64,000 nucleotides of DNA from Phyllobates terribilis (lineage: Eukaryota), in NCBI RefSeq assembly GCF_046119375.1, contig NW_027362769.1, positions 365,862,001 through 365,926,000 of the forward strand. The letters are read 5' to 3'. Positions 38,801-49,293 of this stretch are shown here, piece by piece. Numbering within the stretch: position 1 is the stretch's first letter; each line of letters starts with the position of its first letter. Under the pieces are notes generated by a model. It did not search any database, had not been told where the DNA came from, and saw only the letters and a list, made by a program, of their open reading frames with translations. Both the position numbers and the translations under genes were made by a program.

Positions 38801-39955
38801 TTTCTGGTTGTCGTCCCCGTCAAGGACTTAACGGCTCGAACAGCAGCTAGAGCCTTCCAGCAGCACTTTTGCCGCCCACACGGGTACCCGGACCAAGTGC
38901 TGACGGACCAGGGACCTGCCTTTGAAGCGGAGGTCTTCCAGGAATTCTGTAATCTGTATGGCTGCCGGAAGATAAGGACGACACCCTACCATCCGCAAAC
39001 TAATGGACTTTGTGAAAAAATGAACCAGGTGGTAATGGATCTTCTAAAAACGTTGCCCCTGGAAGAACGCAGTCTGTGGCCTGAGAAGTTGCCCGATCTG
39101 GTGGACCTATACAACCACATCCCGGTAGGTTCCACCAACTGTACCCCGGCTTACCTAATGAGGGCAAGACCTGGTAAGTTACCTGTTGACCTGGAAATGG
39201 GAGTCCTGACGCCCGAGGACACTTCACCAGAAACAGACTGGGACACAGAGAGGCAGCAGCAGTACCGGAAAGTACAGGAGAGCGTGGAGCGAAGTCTTTG
39301 TCAGGCTAGGGAAAGACAAGAGAAGACTTACAACCAGTATGCTCCCGCTGTTCCCCTGGTACCCGGAGAGCAGGTCTTGAAGAGGAAGAGACGGCTCCAC
39401 AAGTTGGACGACCAGTGGGAGAAGGACCCGTACACCGTACTGCCCTCAAGCCACGAGAACCCGAAGGTCTGTACCATCAGTAAAGACGGAGGGGAAACCA
39501 CAGCCATTGTATCCCGGGACCACCTGAAGAAGTGCCCCGAACAACTGAGGAACCCTGAGGAGGAACAGGAAGACCATCGACCCGTGGAAGAAAGGGAAGA
39601 TATGGTTAGTACCGTGCTCGGGGACTTCCCTCGGTCTTGGACTCAAGTCAATGGTGCAGTTGTGGTACCCGTACTCACCTTCCTCCAACCATCATCCCAA
39701 GAACCTACGGAGCAACGGGTAGAGCTGGAAGAGCAGCCGGTCCAGGAGGCAGAAGACTCCACCCAAGCGGAACGGGAGAATCCACCCTCTGCTTATAGTG
39801 AGCCTGCCGTACCCCTAGTGAGACAAAGAGCCGGTAGACAGCTGCCCAGTTTACCCTTGACAGCTCCTACACCCTGTAGTTCAGGGCCAGACAGTCAGCT
39901 CCGTAGGTCCACTAGGGCCACTAGAGGCCAGTTACCCGCACGTTGGAGGATCTAA
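35900..39955 (+). CDS. pol: A1 Pol (protease-RT-RNase H-integrase), uninterrupted
   Basis: LLDTGSQVT, LDLTSGYWQ, YLDD, YTDAS, HHCC zinc finger, and a DDE core (ALDH...TDQG...E). Confidence 0.96.
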   Translation: MGGRPVLPVVLDGIPMSALLDTGSQVTTIPYVLFKQYWNDSDITRYPDDDLSIIASNGQPVPQIGFKEVTIKIGRVELAAQGLIIVDIDKHESHPKITLGTNVIENCLAEVIFLLQQVAKNASSGEQRVLQKEIRALMQRQQVELSGGEIGSVRMCDPFPIAMPPKSEMMIWCRAAIGLRGRDYQAMVEPVYSDSRPTILTARGVVNVRHGRVPVRIINIGEREVYLPRYATLAKLYTTNQNSIQFVEPLPPSHPEEGNGSKKDMEDWCQQLHLGTDSTPSHQKQGVYRVVQEYERVFSKHPLDFGRVKGVEHRIPTGDHPPIKERYRPVPPAHYQHAKGMLRDMKEAGVIRDSCSPWAAPLVLVKKKDNTMRMCVDYRKINRITHKDAYPLPRIEESLAALRSANFFSTLDLTSGYWQVPVAEADREKTAFTTPMGLSEFTCMPFGLCNAPGTFQRLMECCLGHRNFETVLLYLDDVIVYSKTYEDHLKHLAEVFEALASYGLKVKPSKCHLLKPKVQYLGHVVSADGVAPDPDKITAIKGWPSPSSVKEVRQFLGLVGYYRRFIPGFTKKAAPMQDLLIGQSRKAKNQKPPFKWEELEEESFRQLKMALTGDEILAYPDYSQPFILYTDASNIGLGAVLSQIQQGRERVISYASRKLRPTERNPENYSSFKLEFLAVVWAVTERFRHYLASSRFTVYTDNNPLIHLDTARLGALEQRWMARLSNYEFTIKYRAGRSNTNADALSRMPNLPDGGEDPEGLEEVELPAFHRHGTIQYSHRVRSKQAATLNPLPHYNWAETQDSDPAVRLVKEMLTRPEASLESDAPEEAKQLWAEKSRLFLYKGKLCRRMVNSRTHELLWQVVVPRRDAAMVMEAYHDGAGHFGWKKLEFLLRERFHWVGMRGTIEKWCRVCGPCNLRRKDRASQKTPLQSIVTRQPLELVALDHVKLTPSRSGYVYALTIVDHYSRFLVVVPVKDLTARTAARAFQQHFCRPHGYPDQVLTDQGPAFEAEVFQEFCNLYGCRKIRTTPYHPQTNGLCEKMNQVVMDLLKTLPLEERSLWPEKLPDLVDLYNHIPVGSTNCTPAYLMRARPGKLPVDLEMGVLTPEDTSPETDWDTERQQQYRKVQESVERSLCQARERQEKTYNQYAPAVPLVPGEQVLKRKRRLHKLDDQWEKDPYTVLPSSHENPKVCTISKDGGETTAIVSRDHLKKCPEQLRNPEEEQEDHRPVEEREDMVSTVLGDFPRSWTQVNGAVVVPVLTFLQPSSQEPTEQRVELEEQPVQEAEDSTQAERENPPSAYSEPAVPLVRQRAGRQLPSLPLTAPTPCSSGPDSQLRRSTRATRGQLPARWRI

Positions 39956-41266
39956 ATGTTTAAGTTGTTTTACAATGTTTACCTGTTTATTGTTGCTTGT
40001 GTGTAATTTTGTGTTTCTAGTTGTTTTTAGGAGTCTTCGGTGGATTTACCGGGAATCCTTTGTATATAGTTGGAGCGTAACCCAGGATGGACTAGAGACT
40101 GTTAAGGACTCGGGGTAGGACAGACCCCTACCTGGTTACGTCTCCCTGTGTTGGTGAAATGGACACCTTTGCTTTTCTTCAAAGACTGCACCCGGTTGCG
40201 GACATCCGTGACCATCTTATTGTGTTTCCTTATTGTATTTTATTGTTCTTTGATATACCTTGTTATATTTTTCTAAAAAATGTTTAGTCCCGGAGTACTA
40301 AATTTCACTAGGGGGGAGTGTGACACCCCAGGGGTCTGGTTGTCACAGTGATAGAGATATTACGTCTGAGAGCAGGTGGGAGGTCCTTTGGTCAGGGATC
40401 CTGTGCATGCCACACCTCCTGCCCAGCCTTGGGAGGGGAAGAACTTCCCCTGTATAAACCCGGGGCTGAGGCAGAGTGATTGAGTCCAGGAAGAGCAGAG
40501 ACAGGAGCAGCATAGGAAGCAGCAGAGTCACAAGGAGTCAGGGGCTGGCAGCTAAAGAGCTCGCCCTGACTAAGAAGATTCTTTACCGGACCCGGAGTCC
40601 GAGGCTGTGGGGACTAACTTCTACCCAGCAGCAGAATCCGTCAGGCAGGGGATTTCAGGTCCCCTGGCCCAGAAGCCCGAAGGCCCCGAGTCACCGGCCA
40701 TACGGGTGAGCACCACACGGTACACTCAGGGACGTGGGCTACTTACATCAGCTTCTAGCAAGGTAGCCAGAAGAGTACAGTCAGCTTGGGAGGCCTACAA
40801 CTACGCCTGGCCAGGGGAGATCCCATCTGCTCAAGGACTGACCAGGCCCCGTTCGCTAGCAAGTACTCCGGGAGGGTCTATCGTTGTTATCAGTAAAGAC
40901 CCTGAACGCTACCATACCGTCTCTGAGTGGTTCCTGCTACCCCCATCATCCACGTCGGCTGCCCTGAGGCCATACCCCTCCCGTTGGGGGTTATACTATC
41001 ACGCTGCACCATCCTTCCACCGGCCTCAGCGGTCTGCTCTGCAGCAGCAGCCCCCTGGCTGCATTCAACGGGTGGCGTAGTCATCAACCGTTTTCTACCG
41101 CTAACAGACTGCCGTCCAGTTTGACTCCCTGGGCACGGACCGGGTCACCGCCACGAGACTACAACCCTAAACAGATCCGGCTCCGGGTAAGCTCCCGCGT
41201 GCGCAACGCAGCGCGACACAGGCCCAGGGGCGCGTCAACTTCTCTGCTCCATCCTGACAACCAAAA

Positions 41267-41282
41267 GGCTCTTTTCAGAGCC
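41267..41282 (+). terminator. Displaced H4 3' stem-loop belonging to the 33163 copy
   Basis: TCTCTGCTCCATCCTGACAACCAAAA-GGCTCTTTTCAGAGCC-ACC matches the 3' UTR of the intact H4. Confidence 0.93.
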
Positions 41283-42240
41283 ACCGTGTAACGGGTCTGG
41301 GAGGTGGAACCTCTGAGCAACTATACAAAGGGGCAGTCCTTGTAAGGAAGCGGGTGGCTCCCAGGGAAGGCGGGCAGGTAGTCACGGCAAGTGACAGGGA
41401 CAGTCTCTGGGTAGAAGGGCAGCAAGTCACGGCAAGTGACGGGGACAGTCTCTTGACAGGCGGATGGTCACGGCAAGTGACAGCAGGGTAAGAGTCTCTA
41501 GACGGGCAGGTGGTCACGGCAAGTGACAGCAGGGAAAGAGTCTCTAGATAGGCTAGCAGGCAGGTAGCAGGTGAGCGCTCCCAGGTGAGCGGGCAAGAGT
41601 CTCTGGACAGGCAGGTGGTCACGGCAAGTGACGGCAGAGCCTCCAGGTAGGCTAGCAGGCAGGTAGCAGGTGAGCGCTCCCAGGTGAGCGGGCAAGAGTC
41701 TCTGGACAGGCAGGTGGTCACAGCAAGTGACGGCTAAGTCTCCAGGTAGGCTAGCAGGCAGGTAGCAGGTGAGCGCTCCCAGGTGAGCGAGTAAGAGTCT
41801 CTGGACAGGCAGGTGGTCACAGCAAGTGACGGCTAAGCCTCCAGGTAGGCTAGCAGGCAGGTAGCAGGTGAGCGCTCCCAGGTGAGCGAGTAAGAGTCTC
41901 TGGACAGGCAGGCAGGTATCAGGCAGGTATCTGGTGGGTACTTCCTGGTCCGCAGGCGGACTGATCCATAGACAGACTGGCAGGTGCTGGTAGGCAGACT
42001 GTCGGACCACAGGATAGCAAGCAGGTAAGCAGATATCAGGCAGGAATCAGGCAGGTATCAAGCAGGAATCTGGCAGGTGACTGGCAGGTAACTGGTAACG
42101 GGACCTGAGGGCTGAAGCAGAGTTGAAAGGCTTTGCAACAACATTGCTCGGGCACCTCCATTTTGGAGGAGGTGCCTTATATATGGTGAGGTCCTCCGGC
42201 CATTGGCCGGGGACTCCTTAGGACGACGCGCGCGGCCCCT

Positions 42241-45200
42241 TTAAGAGAGGGGGAGCCCGCGCGCCCTAAGCACAGAGGCCGGGAAGCAGCGCGCGCTGCC
42301 AGCAGAGCGGGAGGAAGACGCCGGGCCCGGAGCAGAGAGGTGAGGGGAACGGCGTCCCTGCCTAGCAGGAGGCAGGGACGCCGACGCTACAGTACCCCCC
42401 CCTTTAGGCCCCCCTTTTTTTAGGCCGGAGAGAAATTTATCAAGGATGAGAGGGGCATGGATGTTCTCCCGGGGCTCCCATGTTCTCTCCTCAGGACCAA
42501 ACACCTTCCAATCCACTAGAAAAAAGGATTTTCCTCTTACCCTTTTGGTGGCCAGAATGTTCTCTACCTCAAACTCATTTTCAGCGGAAACCGGAGCAGG
42601 AGGCGTACCTGTAGACTTGGAAAAAGAGTTAAGTATCACGGGTTTGAGTAGAGATACATGGAAGGAGTTAGGGATCCGCAAATTGGCCGGGAGTTTCAAT
42701 TTATAGGCCACCGGATTGATCTGTTTGATAACTTCCAGTGGACCGATGAACCGAGGCCCTAACTTGTAGGAAGGAATCTTGAGCCGGACATATTTGGACG
42801 AGAGCCAGACCTTATCTCCAGGACGGAATTGTGGTGGATCCAGACGTCTTTTGTCAGCCTGTTTTTTCATCCGCTCGGATGACTGAAGAAGTGCAGATCT
42901 GGTACTTTCCCAAATGGAGGAAAATTCGTTAACGAGAGATTCCGCAGCCGGATTGTCCACCGAAGCGGAGACGGGAAACGGGATCCGAGGATGCTGACCG
43001 AAGACTACAAAAAACGGGGATTTGGAGGAAGATTCGCTCTCGTGATTATTGTAAGAAAATTCGGCCCACGGTAAAAGATCCACCCAGTCGGGTTGGTGAG
43101 CATTAACAAAGTGCCGGAGGTAACTGGTTAAAATTTGGTTGATCCGTTCTACTTGGCCATTGGACTGTGGGTGAAAAGCAGAAGAAAAGTCCAAGGTGAC
43201 CCCCAGCAGTTTACACATGGCTCGCCAAAAACGAGAGGTGAACTGAACCCCTCGGTCGGATACAATGTGGAGATGAAGACCATGAAGACGGAAGACATGA
43301 TGAATCAAGTCTTTAGCTAACTCTGATGCAGACGGGAGACCCGGCAGGGGAATAAAGTGAGCCATTTTGGAAAAGCGGTCAGCGACCACCCATATGACCG
43401 TACAACCGGCAGAGCCAGGGAGGTCCGTAATAAAGTCCATAGCTATATGCTGCCACGAGGCAGCAGGTACAGGAAGAGGAAGGAGACGGCCGGCTGGCAG
43501 ATGTCTCGGAACCTTGTTGCGGGCGCAGGACACACAGGCTGAAACAAAGTCTATTTCGTCATTGTGCAGGGTAGGCCACCAGTAATGCCGGGAAATAAGC
43601 TGGAGGGTCTTTTTCTGACCAGCATGGCCAGCTAGCTTGTACGAGTGTCCCCAGTGTAGAACCCTCTCACGATCAGGAACAGATACGAACGTCTTATCGG
43701 GTGGAAGACGATTTAGATTCACGGGGGCCACCTGCATTACTTTGGCGGGGTCGATGATGTGTTTAGGCTCCTCCTCAAGATCAGAGACCAAAAGGATCGG
43801 GATAAAGCATCAGCTTTGATGTTTTTGTCAGCCGAGCGAAAATGAAGAATGAAATTAAAGCGGGTGAAGAACAAGGACCACCGGGCTTGGCGCGGGTTAA
43901 GTCTCTGGGCACTCTGGAGGTAAGCCAAGTTCTTGTGGTCCGTGTAAATTATTACCGGGTGAAGAGCCCCCTCGAGCAGGTAACGCCACTCCTCCAGTGC
44001 CAGCTTAATGGCCAACAATTCTCGGTCTCCTATAGAATAATTGCGCTCAGAAGAGGAGAAGAGTTTGGAGAAGAAGCCGCAGGTTACCATTCTTCCGGAA
44101 GACGACTTTTGGGTAAGTACTGCTCTGGCTCCGGAGGAGGAAACGTCGACTTCTAGAAAGAATTGTTTGTTGCCGTCCGGACAATGCAGCACAGGGGCGG
44201 AGGAAAAAGCTCGTTTTAAGGAAAGGAAGGCCTCCTCTGCTTCGGGCGGCCATTCTCTGGGATTAGCGCCCTTACGGGTGAGCGCCGAGATAGGGGCAGT
44301 CCGGGAAGAGAAGTGCGGAATGAAGAGGCGGTAGTAGTTGGCGAAGCCCAGGAACCGCTGAATAGCCTTCAACCCCTCTGGTCGGGGCCACTTCTGGATG
44401 GCAGACAGTTTCTCAGGGTCCATTTGTAGGCCGGTCTGAGAGATTATGTAGCCCAGAAACGGAAGCGAGGTCTGCTCAAAGAGGCACTTCTCATATTTAG
44501 CATAGAGGTGGTTCTGCCTGAGCCTGAGCAGGACCTGACGAACGTCCCTCCGGTGAGTGAGAAGATCTGGAGAGAAGACCAAGATGTTGTCCAGGTACAC
44601 CACCACGCAGGAGTAGAGAAGGTCACAGAAGATGTCATTGACCAACTCTTGAAAGACGGCGGGAGCATTACAGAGACCGAAGGGCATTAAAAGGTATTCA
44701 TATTGGCCATCCCGGGTGTTGAATGGCGTCTTCCATTCATCCCCCTGACGGATACGGACCAGATTATACGCCCCACGGAGGTCCAGCTTGGTGAAGATTC
44801 TAGCCCCCCTCAGACGGTCAAATAATTCAGGAATGAGCGGAAGGGGGTATTTATTCTTCACTGTGATCTGGTTAAGGCCTCTATAGTCTATACAGGGACG
44901 GAGTGAGCCGTCCTTCTTCTTGACGAAGAAGAAGCCTGCTCCCGCCGGGGAGGTAGATTTCCGGATAAATCCCCGGGCCAGATTCTCCTCAATATATTCA
45001 GACATGGACCGGGTCTCAGCAGCGGACAAAGGGTAAATACGCCCACGGGGAGGAGTAGCGCCGGGCATCAGGTCAATTGGGCAGTCGTATGGTCTATGAG
45101 GGGGTAATGTCTCTGCTTCTCTTTTATTAAAGACGTCCGCAAAAGACCAATAGGGAACCGGTAGGCCGGGTAGATTGGCTGGGGTAGGAGAAGGATGGGC

Positions 45201-45590
45201 AGGATGAACGGGAACTAAACAAGTCTTATGGCAGTCCTGTCCCCAGCGAAGAACTTCTCCGGTCTGCCAATCAAGCACGGGTGCGTGTTTCTGGAGCCAA
45301 GGTAGGCCTAGCAAGAGGGCGTGAGAGAGTCCAGGCAGAACATGAAAGAAGATGCTCTCAGAGTGCAGCATTCCCACCTGCAAAGTTATGGATTCGGTGA
45401 TGAGTTGGATGGGATGAGGTAAGAGGCCTCCATCCACGGCGGCGACAGATAAGGGTACAGCCAGAGGTTTGGTGGGAATGCGGTATTTCTCTACCAGGGA
45501 CTGAGAAATGAGATTTCCGGCAGCTCCAGAGTCAAATTGAGTCAGTTCAAAATAACGGTTCTCCCCGCAGATGATAGAGACCGACAGCAT
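42241..45590 (-). pseudogene. pol: Element B pol (PR-RT-RH, then IN plus chromodomain), frameshifted
   Basis: FDSGAAG, LDLRGAYNL, YLDN (YLDD altered), YTDHKNL, AMDF/SDRG, EFEVENIL...LVDWKVFGPEERTWEP; frame break near 43740-43790. Confidence 0.88.
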
Positions 45591-45658
45591 TAGAGATGGA
45601 GAGGGTTTATTTCTGTCTAGGGCGACCTCTCAGAGCGACCCTAGACAAAGGCGTTTCC

Positions 45659-46591
45659 CTACCTCTCCTGGAAGGAACGGATCCGGTGCTCCTTATTGCC
45701 ACAGTAGAAGCAGCTCCCCTCGGCACGGCGTAATTCTTGACGGGTCTTGACCATCTTGGTCTGGTCGACCTGCATAGGCTCGGGTGAGTGCGCCGGGGGA
45801 GTAACGGAGGAAGTGACGGATCTCTGGAAGGTAGGGGCAAGGCGTGGAAACCTCCTCTCACGGGTGGCCTCTTTGGTGCGCTCCTGGAACCGGATGTCAA
45901 TCCGGGTGACAAGTGTAATTAAGTCGTCAAGAGTGGTAGGAATGTCCCGACCGGCGAGTTCATCTTTAATACGGCCGGACAGACCCTCCCAGAAGACGGA
46001 CACCAGAGCGTCGTTATCCCAGGCAAGCTCCGAAGCAAGGGTACGGAACCGTATGGCATATTGACCCACGGTGAGACTTCCTTGGCGGAGGCGTAGCAGA
46101 GATGAGGCGGATGAGGTCCTCCATCCTGGTTCGTCGAAGACCTTCCGGAAAGTCGTGAGAAAGGATGGCAGGTTGGATACCAGGGGGTCTCCTCTCTCCC
46201 ATAGAGGATTTAACCAAGCCAGCGCCTCTCCCGTGAGATGGGACATGATGAAGGCTACTTTGGCTCGGTCGGTGGAAAACTGGTGTGCCAACAGTTCGAA
46301 GTGCAGAGTGCACAGGTTAATGAAGCCCCGTGCCTGTCCGGGATCTCGTCCAAAACGAGGCGGCGCGGTGAGGCGAGGACCGGGAAGAGTTGCCATGGAA
46401 TTGATGGGCAGCGGCACTGCCGGGGTAGGAGTCGTGGGACTGGAAGCAGGTCCCGAAGAGGTAGTCAGTGTGTCCAGGCGGGAGTTAACACTACGCAGGT
46501 GGCTCAGGATGGACTCCTGTTGGGACCTCTGACGGGAAAGTTCATGACATAGGTCCGAGAGCGAGGGAGCTTGGGTGCCACCGGGTTCCAT
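45659..46591 (-). CDS. gag: Element B Gag (retrotransposon gag domain; last knuckle Cys altered)
   Basis: AKVAFIMSHLTGEALAW, LRQGSLTVGQYAIRF, EPMQVD, CFYCGNKEHRIRSF. Confidence 0.85.
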   Translation of the reverse strand: MEPGGTQAPSLSDLCHELSRQRSQQESILSHLRSVNSRLDTLTTSSGPASSPTTPTPAVPLPINSMATLPGPRLTAPPRFGRDPGQARGFINLCTLHFELLAHQFSTDRAKVAFIMSHLTGEALAWLNPLWERGDPLVSNLPSFLTTFRKVFDEPGWRTSSASSLLRLRQGSLTVGQYAIRFRTLASELAWDNDALVSVFWEGLSGRIKDELAGRDIPTTLDDLITLVTRIDIRFQERTKEATRERRFPRLAPTFQRSVTSSVTPPAHSPEPMQVDQTKMVKTRQELRRAEGSCFYCGNKEHRIRSFQER

Positions 46592-49293
46592 GGCCCGAGC
46601 AAACTGTAACGGGTCTGAGAGGTGGAACCTCTGAGCAACTATACAAAGGGGCAGTCCTTGTAAGGAAGCGGGTGGCTCCCAGGGAAGGCGGGCAGGTAGT
46701 CACGGCAAGTGACAGGGACAGTCTCTGGGTAGAAGGGCAGGAAGTCACGGCAAGTGACGGGGACAGTCTCTTGACAGGCGGATGGTCACGGCAAGTGACA
46801 GCAGGGTAAGAGTCTCTAGATGGGCAGGTGGTCACGGCAAGTGACAGCAGGGAAAGAGTCTCTAGATAGGCTAGCAGGCAGTTAGCAGGTGAGCGCTCCC
46901 AGGTGAGCGGGCAAGAGTTTCTGGACAGGCAGGTGGTCACGGCAAGTGACAGCAGAGCCTCCAGGTAGGCTAGCAGGCAGGTAGCAGGTGAGCGCTCCCA
47001 GGTGAACGGGCAAGAGTCTCTGGACTGGCAGGTGGTCGCGGAAAGTGACGGCAGAGCCTCCAGGTAGGCTAGCAGGCAGGAAGCAGGTGAGCGCTTCCAG
47101 GTGAGCAGGCAAGAGTCTCTGGACAGGCAGGTGGTCACAGCAAGTGATGGCTAAGCCTCCAGGTAGGCTAGCAGGTAGATAGCAGGTAAGCGCTCCACAG
47201 GTGAGCGAGTAAGAGTCTCTGGACAGGCAGGTGGTCACAGCAAGTGACGGCTAAGCCTCCAGGTAGGCTAGCAGGCAGGTAGCAGGTGAGCGCTCCCAGG
47301 TGAGCGAGTAAGAGTCTCTGGACAGGCAGGCAGGTATCAGGCAGGTATCTGGTAGGTACTTCCTGGTCGCAGGTGGACTGATCCATAGACAGACTGGCAG
47401 GTGCTGGTAGGCAGACTGTCGGACCACAGGATAGCAAGCAGGTAAGCAGATATCTGGCAGGAATCAGGCAGGTATCAAGCGGGAATCTGGCAGGTGACTG
47501 GCAGGTAACTGGTAACGGGACCTGAGGGCTGAAGCAGAGTTGAAAGGCTTTGCAACAACATTGCTCGGGCACCTCCATTTTGGAGGAGGTGCCTTATATA
47601 TGGTGAGGTCCTCTGGCCATTGGCCGGGGACTCCTTAGGACGACGCGCGTGGCCCCTTTAAGAGAGGGGGAGCGCGCGCGCCCTAAGCACAGAGGCCGGG
47701 AAGCGCGCGCTGCCAGCAGAGCGGGAGGAAGACGCCGAGCCTGGAGCGGAGAGGTGAGGGGAACGGCGTCCCAGCCTAGCAGGAGGCAGGGACGCCGACG
47801 CTACATGTGGCACCCCAGGGGTCTGGTTACCACAGTAATAGCAATATTACGTCTGAGAGCAGGTGGGAGGTCTCCTGGTCAGGAACCCTAAGCATGCAAC
47901 ACTTCATGCCCAGTCCAGGGAGGGGAAGAACTTCCCCTATATAAACTGGGGCTGAGGCGGGGTTAGAGGAGAAGAAGAGGAGTCCCAGACAGAGACACAG
48001 TCTGGTCTGGAGTGGAGCAGATACAGAGAGAGCAAGATCAGGAGCTATGTGGGAGCAGTGATAAAAGGGGTCAGAGACTGGAAGCTGTAGAGCTCGTCCT
48101 GACTGAAGAGATCTCACCGGACACGGAGTCCGAGGCAGTGGGGACTGATCCATACCCAGCAGCAGAAACCGACCGGCAGGGGATTTCAGGTCCTCTGGCC
48201 AAGAAACCCGAAGGCACGGTCACACGCAAGGGACCAGCACCGCCGTTGTGGAGCGGAGGCTACCAGAAGGCCCCGAGTCACCGGCCATACGGGTGAGCAC
48301 CACCCGGTACACTCAGGGACGTGGGCTACTTTTACCCGCTTCTAGCAAGGTAGCCAGGGAGAGTACAATAAGTCGGGGAGGCCTACAACTCCGCCTGGCC
48401 GGGGGAGATTCTATCTGCTCACAGACTGACCAGGCCCCGATCGCTAGCCAGTACGCCTGGGAGGGTCTACCTTTGCCACCAGTAAAGACCCTGAACTACA
48501 CCGCACCGTCTCTGAGTGGTTCCTAGTGCCTGCGTGCAATTCTGCTATCCCCATCATCCACGTCCGCTGCCCTGAGGCCATACCCCTCCCGTTGGGGGTT
48601 ATACTATCCACGCTGCACAACCGTACCACCGGCCTCAGCGGTCTGCCCTGCAGCGGCGGCTTCATAACCGCATTCAACGGGTGGCGTAGTCGAACACTAT
48701 AACATCTTCTACTAAATTCTGCCACTTGGTTTGACACCCTGGGCACGGACCGGATCGTCGCCACGATGACTACTACCCCTATCAGATCCGGCTCCGGGTA
48801 GTCCCCGCGTGCGCAACGCTACACAACAGAGGCCCAGGGGGCGCTTCAACTTTGGCGTAGTCGGCAGGATCCGGTGCCCGCAACCACCGGGTACTGCGTG
48901 CCTGAAAAAAAAAGAGACTGTTAAACTTACCTGTGGTGAGGATTCCCGCCATCCGACGCCATCTTCTGCCTTCTTCCCGCCATCCGTGGAGTTTTCCCGC
49001 CATCCGACGCCATCTTCTGCCTTCTTCACGCCATCCGTGGAGTTTTCCCGCCATTGGACGCCATCTTGAGGACGCCGCGCGGGAAGAAGAGGGGCGTAGA
49101 CTCTGAAAGCGCGCGAGAACTGAAGCTCCGCCTCACGTCCGGACGTTGCGTAAGGTCCTGGAAGGAGCCCAGCAGACGCCGACGTCACAGGAGCGCGACG
49201 GAAGGTCCTCAACCCTGACGCTCCACTGCGGAGCCGCGGCCTACGGAAGAGGATCATCGCAAGGTAGGCCACGGTCCACTAGGGGGGAGGAGG

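Larger units (their letters stand above)
33482..41237 (+). mobile_element. Intact Ty3/Gypsy LTR retrotransposon (A1)
   Basis: 919-bp LTRs TG...CA (33482-34400 and 40319-41237) with two differences seen; tRNA-Ser PBS; gag; pol; PPT AGGGGGGAG at 40310-40318. Confidence 0.96.
41287..47805 (-). mobile_element. Chromovirus-type (sushi-like) Gypsy element B, degenerate
   Basis: LTRs at 41287-42391 and 46605-47805 (TG...CA); PPT AAGGGGGGGGTAC on the minus strand; frameshifted gag-pol with a chromodomain. Confidence 0.93.
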
